The notes below the pieces were generated by a model. It worked only from the letters and a program-made list of their open reading frames with translations, made no database searches and was not told the origin of the DNA. Shown here piece after piece: positions 34,233 to 43,963 of a stretch of DNA of 64,000 nt (positions are counted from its first letter, which is position 1; each line of letters begins with the position of its first letter). The position numbers and the translations under genes were made by a program. Source of the stretch: Pseudomonadota bacterium (lineage in GTDB: Bacteria; Bdellovibrionota; UBA1018; CAIMNF01); NCBI GenBank assembly GCA_027491115.1, contig JAIXWV010000016.1, positions 10,657 through 74,656 of the forward strand, read 5' to 3'.

Positions 34233-36980
34233 TCAATGGGAAAGGTGGAATAAATTTGGAATAGAATCGACTCCTCTGAACAGCACTAGGAGGGATCGAT
34301 TGGTGCTGCTTCCGTGCAGACTCATGGAGTCGCTCGATGATATTGATCCCAATGCGGACAGATCCACAGGGCTAGATGTGGTGGCGTTTATTGAGTAGAG
34401 AGCAAGCGGAGCACCTGTTGTCGGATTCAAAGAGAAGATCGTCGAAGAGCCGACTGAGCCCAGATAGCTAGTATTGAATACCCCCACAAGACCCGTGGCT
34501 TGAAACTGATCGCCCATCAATGCATGCACGTTCATCTGGGAAGATCCTGAAATGTTCACGTTTTCTATTGCATACACGTGGCCTCCTCCATCCATGATTT
34601 GGATGTAGTTTCCGGTTTTCTCAGGATTCTGTTCATCCGAACCCGTGTAGACCACTACAGAGAGATTGAGTCTTTTCGTTTCGCCAGGGGTGACTGAAAA
34701 TACACTCCGGTAATACTTGTTGTTTGCATCAAGACTGCGGTCTCGAGCTGAGACATATAGAGTATCCCCCAATGAAATCACCGTCTCAATTTCGTCGTCT
34801 GTCCCCGCGTTGAGATCGATCACCTTTTCAGTCACTCCTTCGCTATTCACTCGGTGAAGTTTCTGCTTTCCGTTGGAGTCCGGCCACGGAAAATAAAGGT
34901 GGTCTTGCGACTTGGAAAAGAAGCCACCGCTCAACAGATCTGTCATTGGGGTGAGGGAACTCGTCACGGCATCTCCCGAGGGTAGAGGGCATGCTTGGAG
35001 TTGGGCGCCATCAAAGAAATGAGGGACCCACGTTCCGGATGAGACATTAAACACCTGGAGAATCACCTTCGAGCCAAAAATTAGGCATTTTCCATCTTTT
35101 TCGGATGGAAAAGAGAAGCCATGACCCCAGGTGTTGCTGATGCTGTGGATCATTGCCAGAGAGTCGGAGGGTTCATGATAAGCCCAAAGTTCCGACACTG
35201 CACCAGATCCACTTCCTGGCTCGGATTGTCGATAAGTTGAAAAGAGCACCCGGTCCTCAGTGCTGCAATAGCTCACGATCGGGTCCGCGCCCCCGGGATT
35301 GAGCTGAGATATTCTTCTAAAGCCGCTTGTGTCGACCTGATAGAGTTTTAATCCCTCAGTATCGACAGCTGTGATGTAAGTCTTCCCATGAGTTTGAGCG
35401 AATCCCGTCTGTCCCAGATTCAAGTAAGAATCCGAATTTGCAGAAGGAATCGTTTTTGTCGTCTGCCCATCCCATTTTCGTATCACTAAAGATTGGTCAA
35501 TCATGCCGAAGTTCGAGCGTCCTTTGGTGGCTTCTTCTATGAAATAGATTCCCGTTGAAGTGACGGCTACCTGGGTGAATGATGGATCCCAAGAGATGGC
35601 TGAGCCTTCCGAACAAGGTTTCGGATCTGTGATCGAAGTGGGAGCTCCACCAGATGGGTCATATGAAAAAAGCGCGCGGCCTCCATGCGGACAAAGTGTC
35701 TTCCCTCTGTCGGACGTGTCGATGCCACTGATCAGCCACTTATTGCCCATCGGGGCAACTAAACGTCCGTCAAGCCTGAAGGTGCTGGAGTTGATTGGAG
35801 CCTCAAGCGAGGTACCACCAGAGGTCCAAATAAAGATCGGACTGGAGCCGATGGAGCACCCTTGATTTTGATACATTGAGGATAGGTAAGACCCGCCCGG
35901 ACCATCAATGATGCTCGGACAAATGAGTGGGTTTGCTGCGGACTCGCCTGAAAATTTTTCCGTAGCAGTGAGACTTCCTGGCTCGATGCAAAACACCCGA
36001 GCGGGCATCCCCGATGTTTGCTCGGAGAAGCAGGTGCCCAAAGACGAAGATTGGATCAGGTTTGCGCTCGTCAGTGTCCCATATGCTCCACTGATCGGCT
36101 GGGGTATTGCTGGAGACTGATTCGAGAGTGAGTAGAGTACCGCCTGATCAGACTGATCATGCGCGATAAATATAGGAGATCCGGAGCTTCGGTGGACACT
36201 AGAGGATTGGAAGGTCTGCTGTCGAGGGGCTAGAGCGATTGCTGCAAACCCTCGAGTCTCAAGAACCAGGCGTGGATCCCCGTTGTTCTCCGTCGATTTA
36301 TAGGAGAAGAGTCCATGTTGGTTCTCTCCCGTTTGAGCAGTGAAGTAGAACCGCTCAGCGTAAACCCCCCAAGGACTCAAGTTCGACAGATCTCCAACCA
36401 CATTGGGGTCGAGAATGAGCTCGCTGGTGCTCGTTCCGTCATAAGAAAAGTAACGGGCACCAGATGGAAGCCAAGCGCGAAAGTAAATGAGTTCGCCTTC
36501 ACCATGAAAAAAGTCGGCACCCCCCGAGCACTTCAGCTGATTGGGGAGGGTGATCTCTCGAACACTTGTCCCGTCAAAGGTGTGTAAGGTGCATGACGAT
36601 TCCGAGCTCTGAACAAAATACAATCTTGTGCCAGATATGAACATGGATCCGATGTTGTCAGATCCTCCGGGATTGAGGTCGAATGCCAATCGTGGTGAGT
36701 CTGTGGGGTCGATGCAGACCAATTTTCGACCGCGAACACTGGTCAAGGCGGTATAGCAGACTCGATTATTCAGGGAAAAAAGGTCTTTGGGGCGATCGTT
36801 GGTCGTCTGTAAAGTTGCTGGAACAGGGATGGAAGAAAATTTCGAGGCACCGATAGAGTTTTGGGAGGTTTCATTTGGCCTTAGGGTTTCAGGAGAGCAA
36901 CCAAAGAGCGGGTTCAGTAAGATCATGGCTGCCAAAAATAGGGACGATCTCAAGCGCCTGATTAATGATTCAATCCCCAT
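34233..36980 (-). CDS. large (915 aa) secreted/lipoprotein, Gly/Ser/Thr-rich, probable beta-propeller/beta-rich surface protein
   Basis: N-terminal signal with Cys (LLNPLFGCSPE lipobox-like); no enzymatic motifs; long uninterrupted ORF. Confidence 0.5.
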   Translation of the reverse strand: MGIESLIRRLRSSLFLAAMILLNPLFGCSPETLRPNETSQNSIGASKFSSIPVPATLQTTNDRPKDLFSLNNRVCYTALTSVRGRKLVCIDPTDSPRLAFDLNPGGSDNIGSMFISGTRLYFVQSSESSCTLHTFDGTSVREITLPNQLKCSGGADFFHGEGELIYFRAWLPSGARYFSYDGTSTSELILDPNVVGDLSNLSPWGVYAERFYFTAQTGENQHGLFSYKSTENNGDPRLVLETRGFAAIALAPRQQTFQSSSVHRSSGSPIFIAHDQSDQAVLYSLSNQSPAIPQPISGAYGTLTSANLIQSSSLGTCFSEQTSGMPARVFCIEPGSLTATEKFSGESAANPLICPSIIDGPGGSYLSSMYQNQGCSIGSSPIFIWTSGGTSLEAPINSSTFRLDGRLVAPMGNKWLISGIDTSDRGKTLCPHGGRALFSYDPSGGAPTSITDPKPCSEGSAISWDPSFTQVAVTSTGIYFIEEATKGRSNFGMIDQSLVIRKWDGQTTKTIPSANSDSYLNLGQTGFAQTHGKTYITAVDTEGLKLYQVDTSGFRRISQLNPGGADPIVSYCSTEDRVLFSTYRQSEPGSGSGAVSELWAYHEPSDSLAMIHSISNTWGHGFSFPSEKDGKCLIFGSKVILQVFNVSSGTWVPHFFDGAQLQACPLPSGDAVTSSLTPMTDLLSGGFFSKSQDHLYFPWPDSNGKQKLHRVNSEGVTEKVIDLNAGTDDEIETVISLGDTLYVSARDRSLDANNKYYRSVFSVTPGETKRLNLSVVVYTGSDEQNPEKTGNYIQIMDGGGHVYAIENVNISGSSQMNVHALMGDQFQATGLVGVFNTSYLGSVGSSTIFSLNPTTGAPLALYSINATTSSPVDLSALGSISSSDSMSLHGSSTNRSLLVLFRGVDSIPNLFHLSH

Positions 36981-37040
36981 TTCAGCAGTTTAAACTGGAA
37001 CCCTCACGACAATAATGTGTCGTTCAGGACCTAGTTGAGA

Positions 37041-37460
37041 TCAGGCCCAAAGTGCAGCGGCTCGCCACCAGATCCATCCCAGCGAGATACAGCCGGTCAG
37101 ATAGGCGCCGAAGCGCAGGTAAACCGAATTGAAGGTGCAGTGAATGAGCGAGTGCACTATCCGGCTCACCACGAAGACCCAAGATGCCGTCACGATTCCG
37201 GGGTCGCTCTTGCCGGAGACCATCAGGAGCACCAGTACGAGATAGAACAAGACGGGAACCTCGAACTGGTTCTCGAAGTTGTCCGAAAAGGCATCTGTAT
37301 CGGCGATCTTGCTGTAGCCTTGTGCGCCCTTCAACTCTTCCATTCCGACGCGGTTGCGGATCATGGAGACGAGTCGGGCGGTGAGCAATGCGGCCCAAAC
37401 GCAAGTGGTCAGCAATACTTGGGCGATCAGGGGTCTCAGGAGTTCGGAATTCAGATTCAT
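37041..37460 (-). CDS. MAPEG-family membrane protein (microsomal GST-like, YecN-like)
   Basis: 139 aa, 4 TM helices; ...FENQFEVPVLFYLVLVLL...VFVVSRIVHSLIH... MAPEG pattern. Confidence 0.55.
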   Translation of the reverse strand: MNLNSELLRPLIAQVLLTTCVWAALLTARLVSMIRNRVGMEELKGAQGYSKIADTDAFSDNFENQFEVPVLFYLVLVLLMVSGKSDPGIVTASWVFVVSRIVHSLIHCTFNSVYLRFGAYLTGCISLGWIWWRAAALWA

Positions 37461-37484
37461 CGTGATGCTCCAGTTGAAGTCGGA

Positions 37485-38816
37485 TCAGGGCCGGATGGTG
37501 TTGATCATACGAGGAAACGGGATGGTCTCACGGACGTGCTCGACACCTGTGACCCAGGCCACTGTGCGCTCGACACCGAGACCGAAGCCGGCATGGGGGG
37601 CACTGCCGTAGCGACGCAGATCGAGGTACCACTGGTAGTCCTTGAGGTTCAGTCCGTGTTCCTGGATCCGGCGCTCGAGAATCTCGACTTTGTCTTCGCG
37701 CTGCCCACCACCGATGATTTCGCCATAGCCGAACGGTGCGATCAGGTCGGCACCGAGAGCGTATTTGCCGTCGTGATCCACACCGTCGCCATTCGGGTCG
37801 TCGGCATTTTTGAAGTAGAACGCTTTGATCTTGGACGGGAAGTGGTGGACGAAGACGGGTTTTCCGAACTCTTCTCCGAGGGCGGTTTCGTGTGGAGCTC
37901 CGAAGTCTTCACCCCAAGGGATGGCATGCCCGCGCTTTTCGAGGATCTTGAGCGCCTCGTCGTAAGAAATGCGGGGGAACGGGGCCACAATGGCTTCGAG
38001 TTCGGCCTGGTTGCGCTCGAGGATCGTGAGCTCTTTCTGGCATTGGGTCAGACAGTGTTTCACGATGTGACAGACAAAGGCTTCACCCAAATCCATCACG
38101 TCACTCAATTTACCGAACGCCATTTCGGGCTCGACCATCCAGAACTCCGTCAGGTGTTTCCGGGTCTTGGACTTCTCTGCACGGAAGGTGGGGCCGAAAG
38201 TGTAAATGTTACCAAAGGCGAAGGCACCCGCTTCGCCGTAAAGCTGGCCGGACTGGGTCAGGAAAGCCTTCTCGTCAAAGTAAGGCGTGGAGAACAGGGT
38301 CGAGGTTCCCTCGCAGGAAGTCGCACTCAAGATCGGCGGGTCGAAGCGGGTGAACCCGCGTTGGCGGAAAAAGTCCTGGATGGCGAAGAAGATCTCGCTC
38401 CGGATACGAAGGGCGGCCCACTGGCGTTGGCTCCGGATCCAGAGGTGACGGTTCTCCATCAGGAATTCGACTCCATGCTCTTTGAGCGAGATCGGATAGG
38501 CGTCCGCAATCTGGACCGGCTTCACCTCGAGAACGGTGAGTTCGAACCCGAGCTTGGATCGGGGTTCTTTCCGAACTTTGCCGATCACCTCGATCGAGCT
38601 CTCCTGGGTGAGCTTTTCGAATCCGTCGAAGGTCTCGTCCGTGCACTCGCCCTTCACGAGGACACCTTGGACGATGCCGCTCCCGTCACGGATCATGAGG
38701 AACTTGATCTTACCTGAAGAGCGTTTGTTGAACACCCAGCCCCGGAGGGTCACGGTTTGTCCGTCAAAGTCTGCCAGCTTGTCGATGCGCGCGAGCGGAT
38801 GCTGAGTGGGGGTCAT
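37485..38816 (-). CDS. asnS: asparagine--tRNA ligase
   Basis: 443 aa class IIb aaRS; N-terminal OB fold (TVTLRGWVFNKRSSGKIKFLMIRDGSG); motif 2 FRAEKSKTRKHLTEFWMVEPEMAF; motif 3 GGGQREDK...GFGLGVERTV; the size fits AsnRS, not AspRS or LysRS. Confidence 0.85.
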   Translation of the reverse strand: MTPTQHPLARIDKLADFDGQTVTLRGWVFNKRSSGKIKFLMIRDGSGIVQGVLVKGECTDETFDGFEKLTQESSIEVIGKVRKEPRSKLGFELTVLEVKPVQIADAYPISLKEHGVEFLMENRHLWIRSQRQWAALRIRSEIFFAIQDFFRQRGFTRFDPPILSATSCEGTSTLFSTPYFDEKAFLTQSGQLYGEAGAFAFGNIYTFGPTFRAEKSKTRKHLTEFWMVEPEMAFGKLSDVMDLGEAFVCHIVKHCLTQCQKELTILERNQAELEAIVAPFPRISYDEALKILEKRGHAIPWGEDFGAPHETALGEEFGKPVFVHHFPSKIKAFYFKNADDPNGDGVDHDGKYALGADLIAPFGYGEIIGGGQREDKVEILERRIQEHGLNLKDYQWYLDLRRYGSAPHAGFGLGVERTVAWVTGVEHVRETIPFPRMINTIRP

Positions 38817-38826
38817 GGAGTGCTCC

Positions 38827-40386
38827 TTATTTGTAGTTCATGGCGAAGTGGGCGAACGTGCGGACGTATACGCCGCTCGAGCCCTTCTTCGGATTGTAGG
38901 GCAGGTAGCCTTGGTCGTAAGCCCGGTTCGCCAGGTCGACGTGGGCCCACTTCATTCCAGGACGGATGAATTGTTTCAGGAACACCGCTCCCCGGATGGT
39001 GCCACCATTTGAATTGTTGGCACTGTTCATCATGTCGGCATAGGGGGACTTGATGTCCTCGAAGTATTCGTCCCAGAGAGGAAGCTCCCAGAGGGCTTCT
39101 TCGGTTTCTTTGGACGAGTCCATCAGGGCTTTGCCGAGTTTTTCGTCGTTCGCAAACAGTGCGCTCGCAAGAGTCCCGAGGGCGATCGAAACAGCGCCAG
39201 TCAGTGTAGCGGTGTTCACGATGACGTCAGGCTCGTAGTCATGTGCCAGATCAAGTGCATCCGCAAGAACCAGGCGTCCCTCGGCATCGGTGTTGATGAT
39301 CTCTACGGTCTTGCCGTTACGTGCCTTGATGATATTTCCGGGCTGGGTCGCCGTTCCGGAAGGCATGTTTTCTGCGAACACCAAGATCGTGGTGATTTTG
39401 TTTTTCGAGCCGAGCCGCGCTGCGAGCAAAGTAGCCCCGATCATAGTGGCCGCACCTGTCATGTCGTGCTTCATGTCTTCCATGCGCGCGCCAGGCTTCA
39501 GCGAGATTCCACCCGAGTCAAAGGTCACTCCCTTGCCGACCAGTGATACGTGCTTCGCGTTTTTTGCGCCGGACTTCGGGGTGTACTCCACGATGACCAC
39601 CCGGGACTCGCGTTCCGATCCCGCACCTACCGAGAGGAATAGCTCCATTTTTTCCTTGCGGGCTTCTGCATCGTTCATGACCTTGCACTTCAGACCGTAA
39701 GTCTTGCAAAGCTTGGAGATCTCGTTCGCGTAGTATTCGGGGGTACCGTAGTTCGAGGGTTCGTTCGAAAAGTCGCGGGTCAAATAGGTGCAATCCACGG
39801 TGACCAGGACTTCGTGAGCCAACTCTTGGAGCCAAGCGGAGTTCTTTTTGTCGGTGCTCAGAAGTACGATCGACTCCGGCTTGGAGTGGTTATTCTTGGC
39901 TGACGATTTGTACTTCTCGAAAGTGTATTGGGAAAGGAAGTATCCCTCGAGCAGTGCTTTCAGGGCGGCTTCGGTTGTCGGTTTTCCTGCCGATTTCAGC
40001 AAGGCATCCACGTCGAAGGCCAATTGTTTGACCTTCTCGGCCTGTGCTTTAGTGGCTAGCGCAGCTCCGGTTTGACGGGCTTTTTCAGGAGTGAACGCTT
40101 TTTTCGATCCGAGACCCGCGACCAGGACGTTCCGGCTCTCGATGTAAGAACCTCTGATGAAGAAGCAAGATTTGGTAGCAGCGGTGAAGGTTCCTGACTT
40201 CGCCAGGTCCCGGATTTCGGTCAGGCTCTGCGGAGATAGAAGCACTTCTTTCTTGTCGTTTTGGAAATAAAGGTAGGCCACGGTGTCGCCGGTGAAATCC
40301 TGTGCGATGTGGATCGGGGTGAGGGAACGAATGAATTCCGTTTTCATGGAGAGGCTCCTTCGTGAATTTTGGTGAGTTCCTATCAT
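38827..40386 (-). CDS. pepA: leucyl aminopeptidase (M17 family)
   Basis: M17 signature NTDAEGRLVLADAL; metal ligands (VGKGVTFDSGG); 519 aa. Confidence 0.85.
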   Translation of the reverse strand: MIGTHQNSRRSLSMKTEFIRSLTPIHIAQDFTGDTVAYLYFQNDKKEVLLSPQSLTEIRDLAKSGTFTAATKSCFFIRGSYIESRNVLVAGLGSKKAFTPEKARQTGAALATKAQAEKVKQLAFDVDALLKSAGKPTTEAALKALLEGYFLSQYTFEKYKSSAKNNHSKPESIVLLSTDKKNSAWLQELAHEVLVTVDCTYLTRDFSNEPSNYGTPEYYANEISKLCKTYGLKCKVMNDAEARKEKMELFLSVGAGSERESRVVIVEYTPKSGAKNAKHVSLVGKGVTFDSGGISLKPGARMEDMKHDMTGAATMIGATLLAARLGSKNKITTILVFAENMPSGTATQPGNIIKARNGKTVEIINTDAEGRLVLADALDLAHDYEPDVIVNTATLTGAVSIALGTLASALFANDEKLGKALMDSSKETEEALWELPLWDEYFEDIKSPYADMMNSANNSNGGTIRGAVFLKQFIRPGMKWAHVDLANRAYDQGYLPYNPKKGSSGVYVRTFAHFAMNYK

Positions 40387-40431
40387 ACCACTGTTTTTTG
40401 GCTTCCGGATCAGTTAAGTTTTCAGAGAACC

Positions 40432-41802
40432 ATGATCAAAAGGTACCAAAATTCGGCCGGGGTGATGACGCGCGTCGCAGACATCCTGATCGTGGCGGTC
40501 TCCTGGCTCCTGGCATATCCGATCCGCTTTGAGTGGATGAATGGAGCCCCGTTGCTTCCCTTTTACCCGGAGGCGCCTCAGCGGGGGTATTATCTTGCGC
40601 TGCTTCCCATGATCGTTCTTTTGTGGGCGGGGGGGTTCCAGTTTTTCGGTGTGTATCACTACCAGCGTGTGATCCGCCGCTCCACTGAGATCTACACGCT
40701 CATCCGGGCCCATGCTGCCATCCTGATCCTGTTTACGGCCCTGACCTTCTTCATCACCGAGTACCGGTTTTCGAGGGGTGTGATTCTGATTTTCGGGGGC
40801 CTCGTGTTGTGGGGCGGTTGGGCTTACCGTGTCGCCTCCCGCAAGTTGTTGCGTGAATTGAACCGAAAGGGAATCTATTCGATCAAACTCGTGGCAATAG
40901 GCGAGGGTCGGGAGCTTGAGTTTGTGCTTCAGCAGCTCGGTCGCTATCCGGAAATCGGGATTGAAATCACGCGAGTAATCGGACCAGAGGATTACGGTCG
41001 GGCCGTCGAATTGATTCATGGAATTCGTCCTGCCACGGTGTTGATCGCGCTGCCCCAGTCGCAATCCGCACTTCAGGAAGTTCTCGTGGCTGAGTTCAGG
41101 GATGAGTCCATCGACCTTCAGGTCATTCCCGATTACTCCCGGTTCATCGCCCTCGGTGCGGCTGTCGAAAGTTTTGGTGGAGTTCCCTTGATTGTCCTCA
41201 ATGATTCCCCATTGTACGGGTACCGTGCCTGGCTCAAGCGATTGATGGATTTTTCCTTGGCAGGTGTCGGATTGCTGATCCTCTCGCCCTTGCTGATGCT
41301 CATTGCTTTGGCGGTCCGTCTCAGTTCGAGGGGTCCGATCTTGTACCGTCAGGAGCGGATGGGGTTGGATGGTCGGACTTTCGGAATGTTGAAGTTCCGT
41401 TCCATGAAAGTCGATGCCGAGGATCGGACCGGTGCGGTGTGGGCCGTCAAGAACGATGACCGCCGTACGGTGATCGGTACTTTTCTGCGTTCCACCTCCT
41501 TGGATGAACTGCCGCAGCTGTGGAATGTGTTGACCGGCGACATGTCACTGGTCGGGCCGAGGCCTGAGCGTCCCGTGTTCGTGGACAAGTTCCGGCACGA
41601 GATCCCCAACTACATGCTCCGCCACCGGGTCAAGACCGGAATCACCGGTTGGGCCCAGGTGAACGGTTGGCGGGGCGATACGTCGCTTGAGAAGCGTATC
41701 GAATGTGACATCTACTACATCCGGAATTGGTCCCTCTGGTTGGACATCAAGATTCTCTTCCTGACGGTGTTCAAAGGATTTGTGAACCCCAATGCGTATT
41801 AG
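40432..41802 (+). CDS. undecaprenyl-phosphate sugar phosphotransferase (WbaP/WcaJ-like exopolysaccharide priming transferase)
   Basis: Multiple N-terminal TM segments; C-terminal bacterial sugar-transferase domain (ILYRQERMG..GRTFGMLKFRSM...DELPQLWNVLTGDMSLVGPRPERP); start taken at MIKRYQ, the first ATG past the convergent pepA end. Confidence 0.75.
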   Translation: MIKRYQNSAGVMTRVADILIVAVSWLLAYPIRFEWMNGAPLLPFYPEAPQRGYYLALLPMIVLLWAGGFQFFGVYHYQRVIRRSTEIYTLIRAHAAILILFTALTFFITEYRFSRGVILIFGGLVLWGGWAYRVASRKLLRELNRKGIYSIKLVAIGEGRELEFVLQQLGRYPEIGIEITRVIGPEDYGRAVELIHGIRPATVLIALPQSQSALQEVLVAEFRDESIDLQVIPDYSRFIALGAAVESFGGVPLIVLNDSPLYGYRAWLKRLMDFSLAGVGLLILSPLLMLIALAVRLSSRGPILYRQERMGLDGRTFGMLKFRSMKVDAEDRTGAVWAVKNDDRRTVIGTFLRSTSLDELPQLWNVLTGDMSLVGPRPERPVFVDKFRHEIPNYMLRHRVKTGITGWAQVNGWRGDTSLEKRIECDIYYIRNWSLWLDIKILFLTVFKGFVNPNAY

Positions 41803-42898
41803 GCGGATCGACACCTATGTTTTCACCGAGGTGTTGAGCCCTTTTCTCGGAGGGGTGTTCTTCTTTTCTTTCGTGTTCCTGTTATTCCAGATGCTCAGGC
41901 TCGCCGAGGAGTTGATTGTCAACAACGCACCCTTTGGACTGGTGATGAAACTCCTATGGACCTTGATGGTGAACTTCCTTCCTCTGGGTTTGCCCATGGC
42001 TTTCCTGGTCGGGGTCTTGTTCGCTTTTTCTCGCATGTCGGGTGACAGCGAAGTGGTGGCGATGAAGGCTGGCGGGCTCGGTTTGTGGAGGATTTCGGTA
42101 CCGGTGTTTTCCCTATCTGCAGCGGTAGCGATTCTTTCATTTCTGCTCAATGTGAATTGGGCTCCCTGGTCCGAGGTCGCCATGCGGAACACCTTGATCA
42201 AAATCGGGAACAGGAAGTTCGCGAGTGCGATCAACGAGGGAACCTTCACTTCGGGCTTCTTCAACCTTCTCCTCTATGCTGAAAAGGCGAACAATCGCGC
42301 GGGAAAGATGGAGAAAGTGTTCATTTTCGACGAGCGCGACCCCAAGCATCCGCTGACGGTGGTTTCGAAAACCGGAGAGTTGATCCGGGTTCAATCCGGA
42401 GAAGACGATCTTGGAGGGGTGGTTTTGCAACTTCAGGACGGGAGCATTCATCAATCCGAAGCTCGCGGGGACTCCTACTCGAAGATGAATTTCGGGACTT
42501 ATCAGATCTTTTTCGATATTCCCGATACGACCGGCAAGTTCGGATTCAAGCCGAGGATGTTCTCGCAATCCGAGCTTGAGCGAAGGATTCGGGCTTCTGA
42601 GACCACGCCACAATATTTGCGCGAGCTTGAGACCGAGCATTGGCGGCGGATCGCGGTGGCCATGACCCCGCTCTTTTTTGTGCTGCTTGGAATGGGATTT
42701 GGTGTTGTCCGAACCCGGGGTGCCCGTTACGGGGTGATGCTCGTTTCATTCGTGACCATGGCCCTTTATTGGCAAATTCAAGTAAGCTCGATCTGGTTGG
42801 GTGAGTCGGGGAAATTGCCTCCCTGGGCCGCGGTTCAGATTCCGAATTTATTGGTGGGGGCAGTGGGGATGCTCATGTTCAGGCGGGCAAACTGGTAA
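41792..42898 (+). CDS. lptF: LptF/LptG-family LPS export ABC permease
   Basis: YjgP/YjgQ pattern: MRIRRIDTYVFTEVLSPFLGGVFFFSFVFLLFQ...; 6 TM segments with a periplasmic beta-jellyroll in the middle. Confidence 0.75.
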   Translation: MRIRRIDTYVFTEVLSPFLGGVFFFSFVFLLFQMLRLAEELIVNNAPFGLVMKLLWTLMVNFLPLGLPMAFLVGVLFAFSRMSGDSEVVAMKAGGLGLWRISVPVFSLSAAVAILSFLLNVNWAPWSEVAMRNTLIKIGNRKFASAINEGTFTSGFFNLLLYAEKANNRAGKMEKVFIFDERDPKHPLTVVSKTGELIRVQSGEDDLGGVVLQLQDGSIHQSEARGDSYSKMNFGTYQIFFDIPDTTGKFGFKPRMFSQSELERRIRASETTPQYLRELETEHWRRIAVAMTPLFFVLLGMGFGVVRTRGARYGVMLVSFVTMALYWQIQVSSIWLGESGKLPPWAAVQIPNLLVGAVGMLMFRRANW

Positions 42899-42899
42899 G

Positions 42900-43691
42900 A
42901 TGTCTCGATTCGATCCTCAGTCCTATTCGAGGTACCGGATCCATTATCCATCTGCGGTATTCGATGGGCTTCGCTCCTGGGTGGGCTCCGTAGGGAGGCT
43001 CGACGGGATTTCAGCGGTCGATCTCGGTGCAGGCACCGGATTTTCGGCTTCATCTCTGATCCGGGCGCTTCCGGTCTCGAGTTTGATGCTGATCGAGCCC
43101 GATGCAGCCATGCTCGGCGAGGCGGGTCGTACGCTTCAAGGGTGTGATGTGAGGGTGGAGTACCGGGTGGGTTCGGCGGAGAGTGTTTCGGGTGTCACGG
43201 ATGTGGATCTCGTTCTGGCTGCATCATCCTGGCACTGGATGGATCCAAATCCCACGATCAATTCGATTCACACCATGCTCCGTCCCGGCGGGGTATTTTT
43301 TGTGGTGGAGTACCAGTTTCCGAGACTGGAGAACGCTCCTGAAATAAATGAGTGGGTCAGGCGTGAGTTCAATCTGAAGTGGCGCGCCCCAGATCAACGG
43401 CCTCGAGGGAGTTTGAAGGAGTTGACCGAGCCTGTCCGGAAGGCTGACTTCTTTTCGCAGGGGGGTGCGTTGCGTGTCGAGCATGCCCAAGAGTTCACTC
43501 TCGAGGAGTTTGTGGGCGTGATCCGTTCCCAGTCGAGGTACTTGGCCCACGAGGCTCGTTTGTCAGACGATCAGCGCAGGGAAGAGCGGGTCCTGATGGT
43601 GGATCAGCTTCGACAAGTTTGGGGAAACAGCGAGGAGATTTTGGGATCCTATTCGCTGGAAGGGTACTGGTTTGTGAAAAGATGGGGTTAA
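42900..43691 (+). CDS. class I SAM-dependent methyltransferase
   Basis: ATG overlaps the lptF stop (TAAGATG); SAM motif I VDLGAGTGFSA; motif post-II LVLAASSWHWMD. Confidence 0.65.
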   Translation: MSRFDPQSYSRYRIHYPSAVFDGLRSWVGSVGRLDGISAVDLGAGTGFSASSLIRALPVSSLMLIEPDAAMLGEAGRTLQGCDVRVEYRVGSAESVSGVTDVDLVLAASSWHWMDPNPTINSIHTMLRPGGVFFVVEYQFPRLENAPEINEWVRREFNLKWRAPDQRPRGSLKELTEPVRKADFFSQGGALRVEHAQEFTLEEFVGVIRSQSRYLAHEARLSDDQRREERVLMVDQLRQVWGNSEEILGSYSLEGYWFVKRWG

Positions 43692-43963
43692 TCCGGCCCA
43701 TTCGCGAGTCAAAAAAACGCCACCGTCAAAAAAACGGCTGAAAATCGCTATAATGTGAATAAAAAAACAACCCGCATCGCAAAAGAGAAGATATAAGGAA
43801 AAATACGCAATCAAATCAATAATTTAGTATTGGTGGATAACTTCAAAAAATGTGTGGATGGATTTTGCTAACTGCCGGATTGACCCTAAGAATCTCTAAG
43901 ATTCGAGTCTCATCCTGAAAAGTCTTAGATCATGACGCAAAGCAAATTCCCTCTGGTTGGGGA

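Noticed and set aside
37035-38717. 560-aa ORF on the + strand
   Set aside because: It is antisense to the strongly supported asnS gene. Its composition is low-complexity (Gly/Asp/Glu/Val-rich), typical of antisense frames in GC-rich DNA.
43692-43963. Chromosomal replication origin (oriC)
   Set aside because: Only two imperfect DnaA boxes, no dnaA or dnaN nearby, and no DUE-like 13-mer array. More likely a regulatory or sRNA region.
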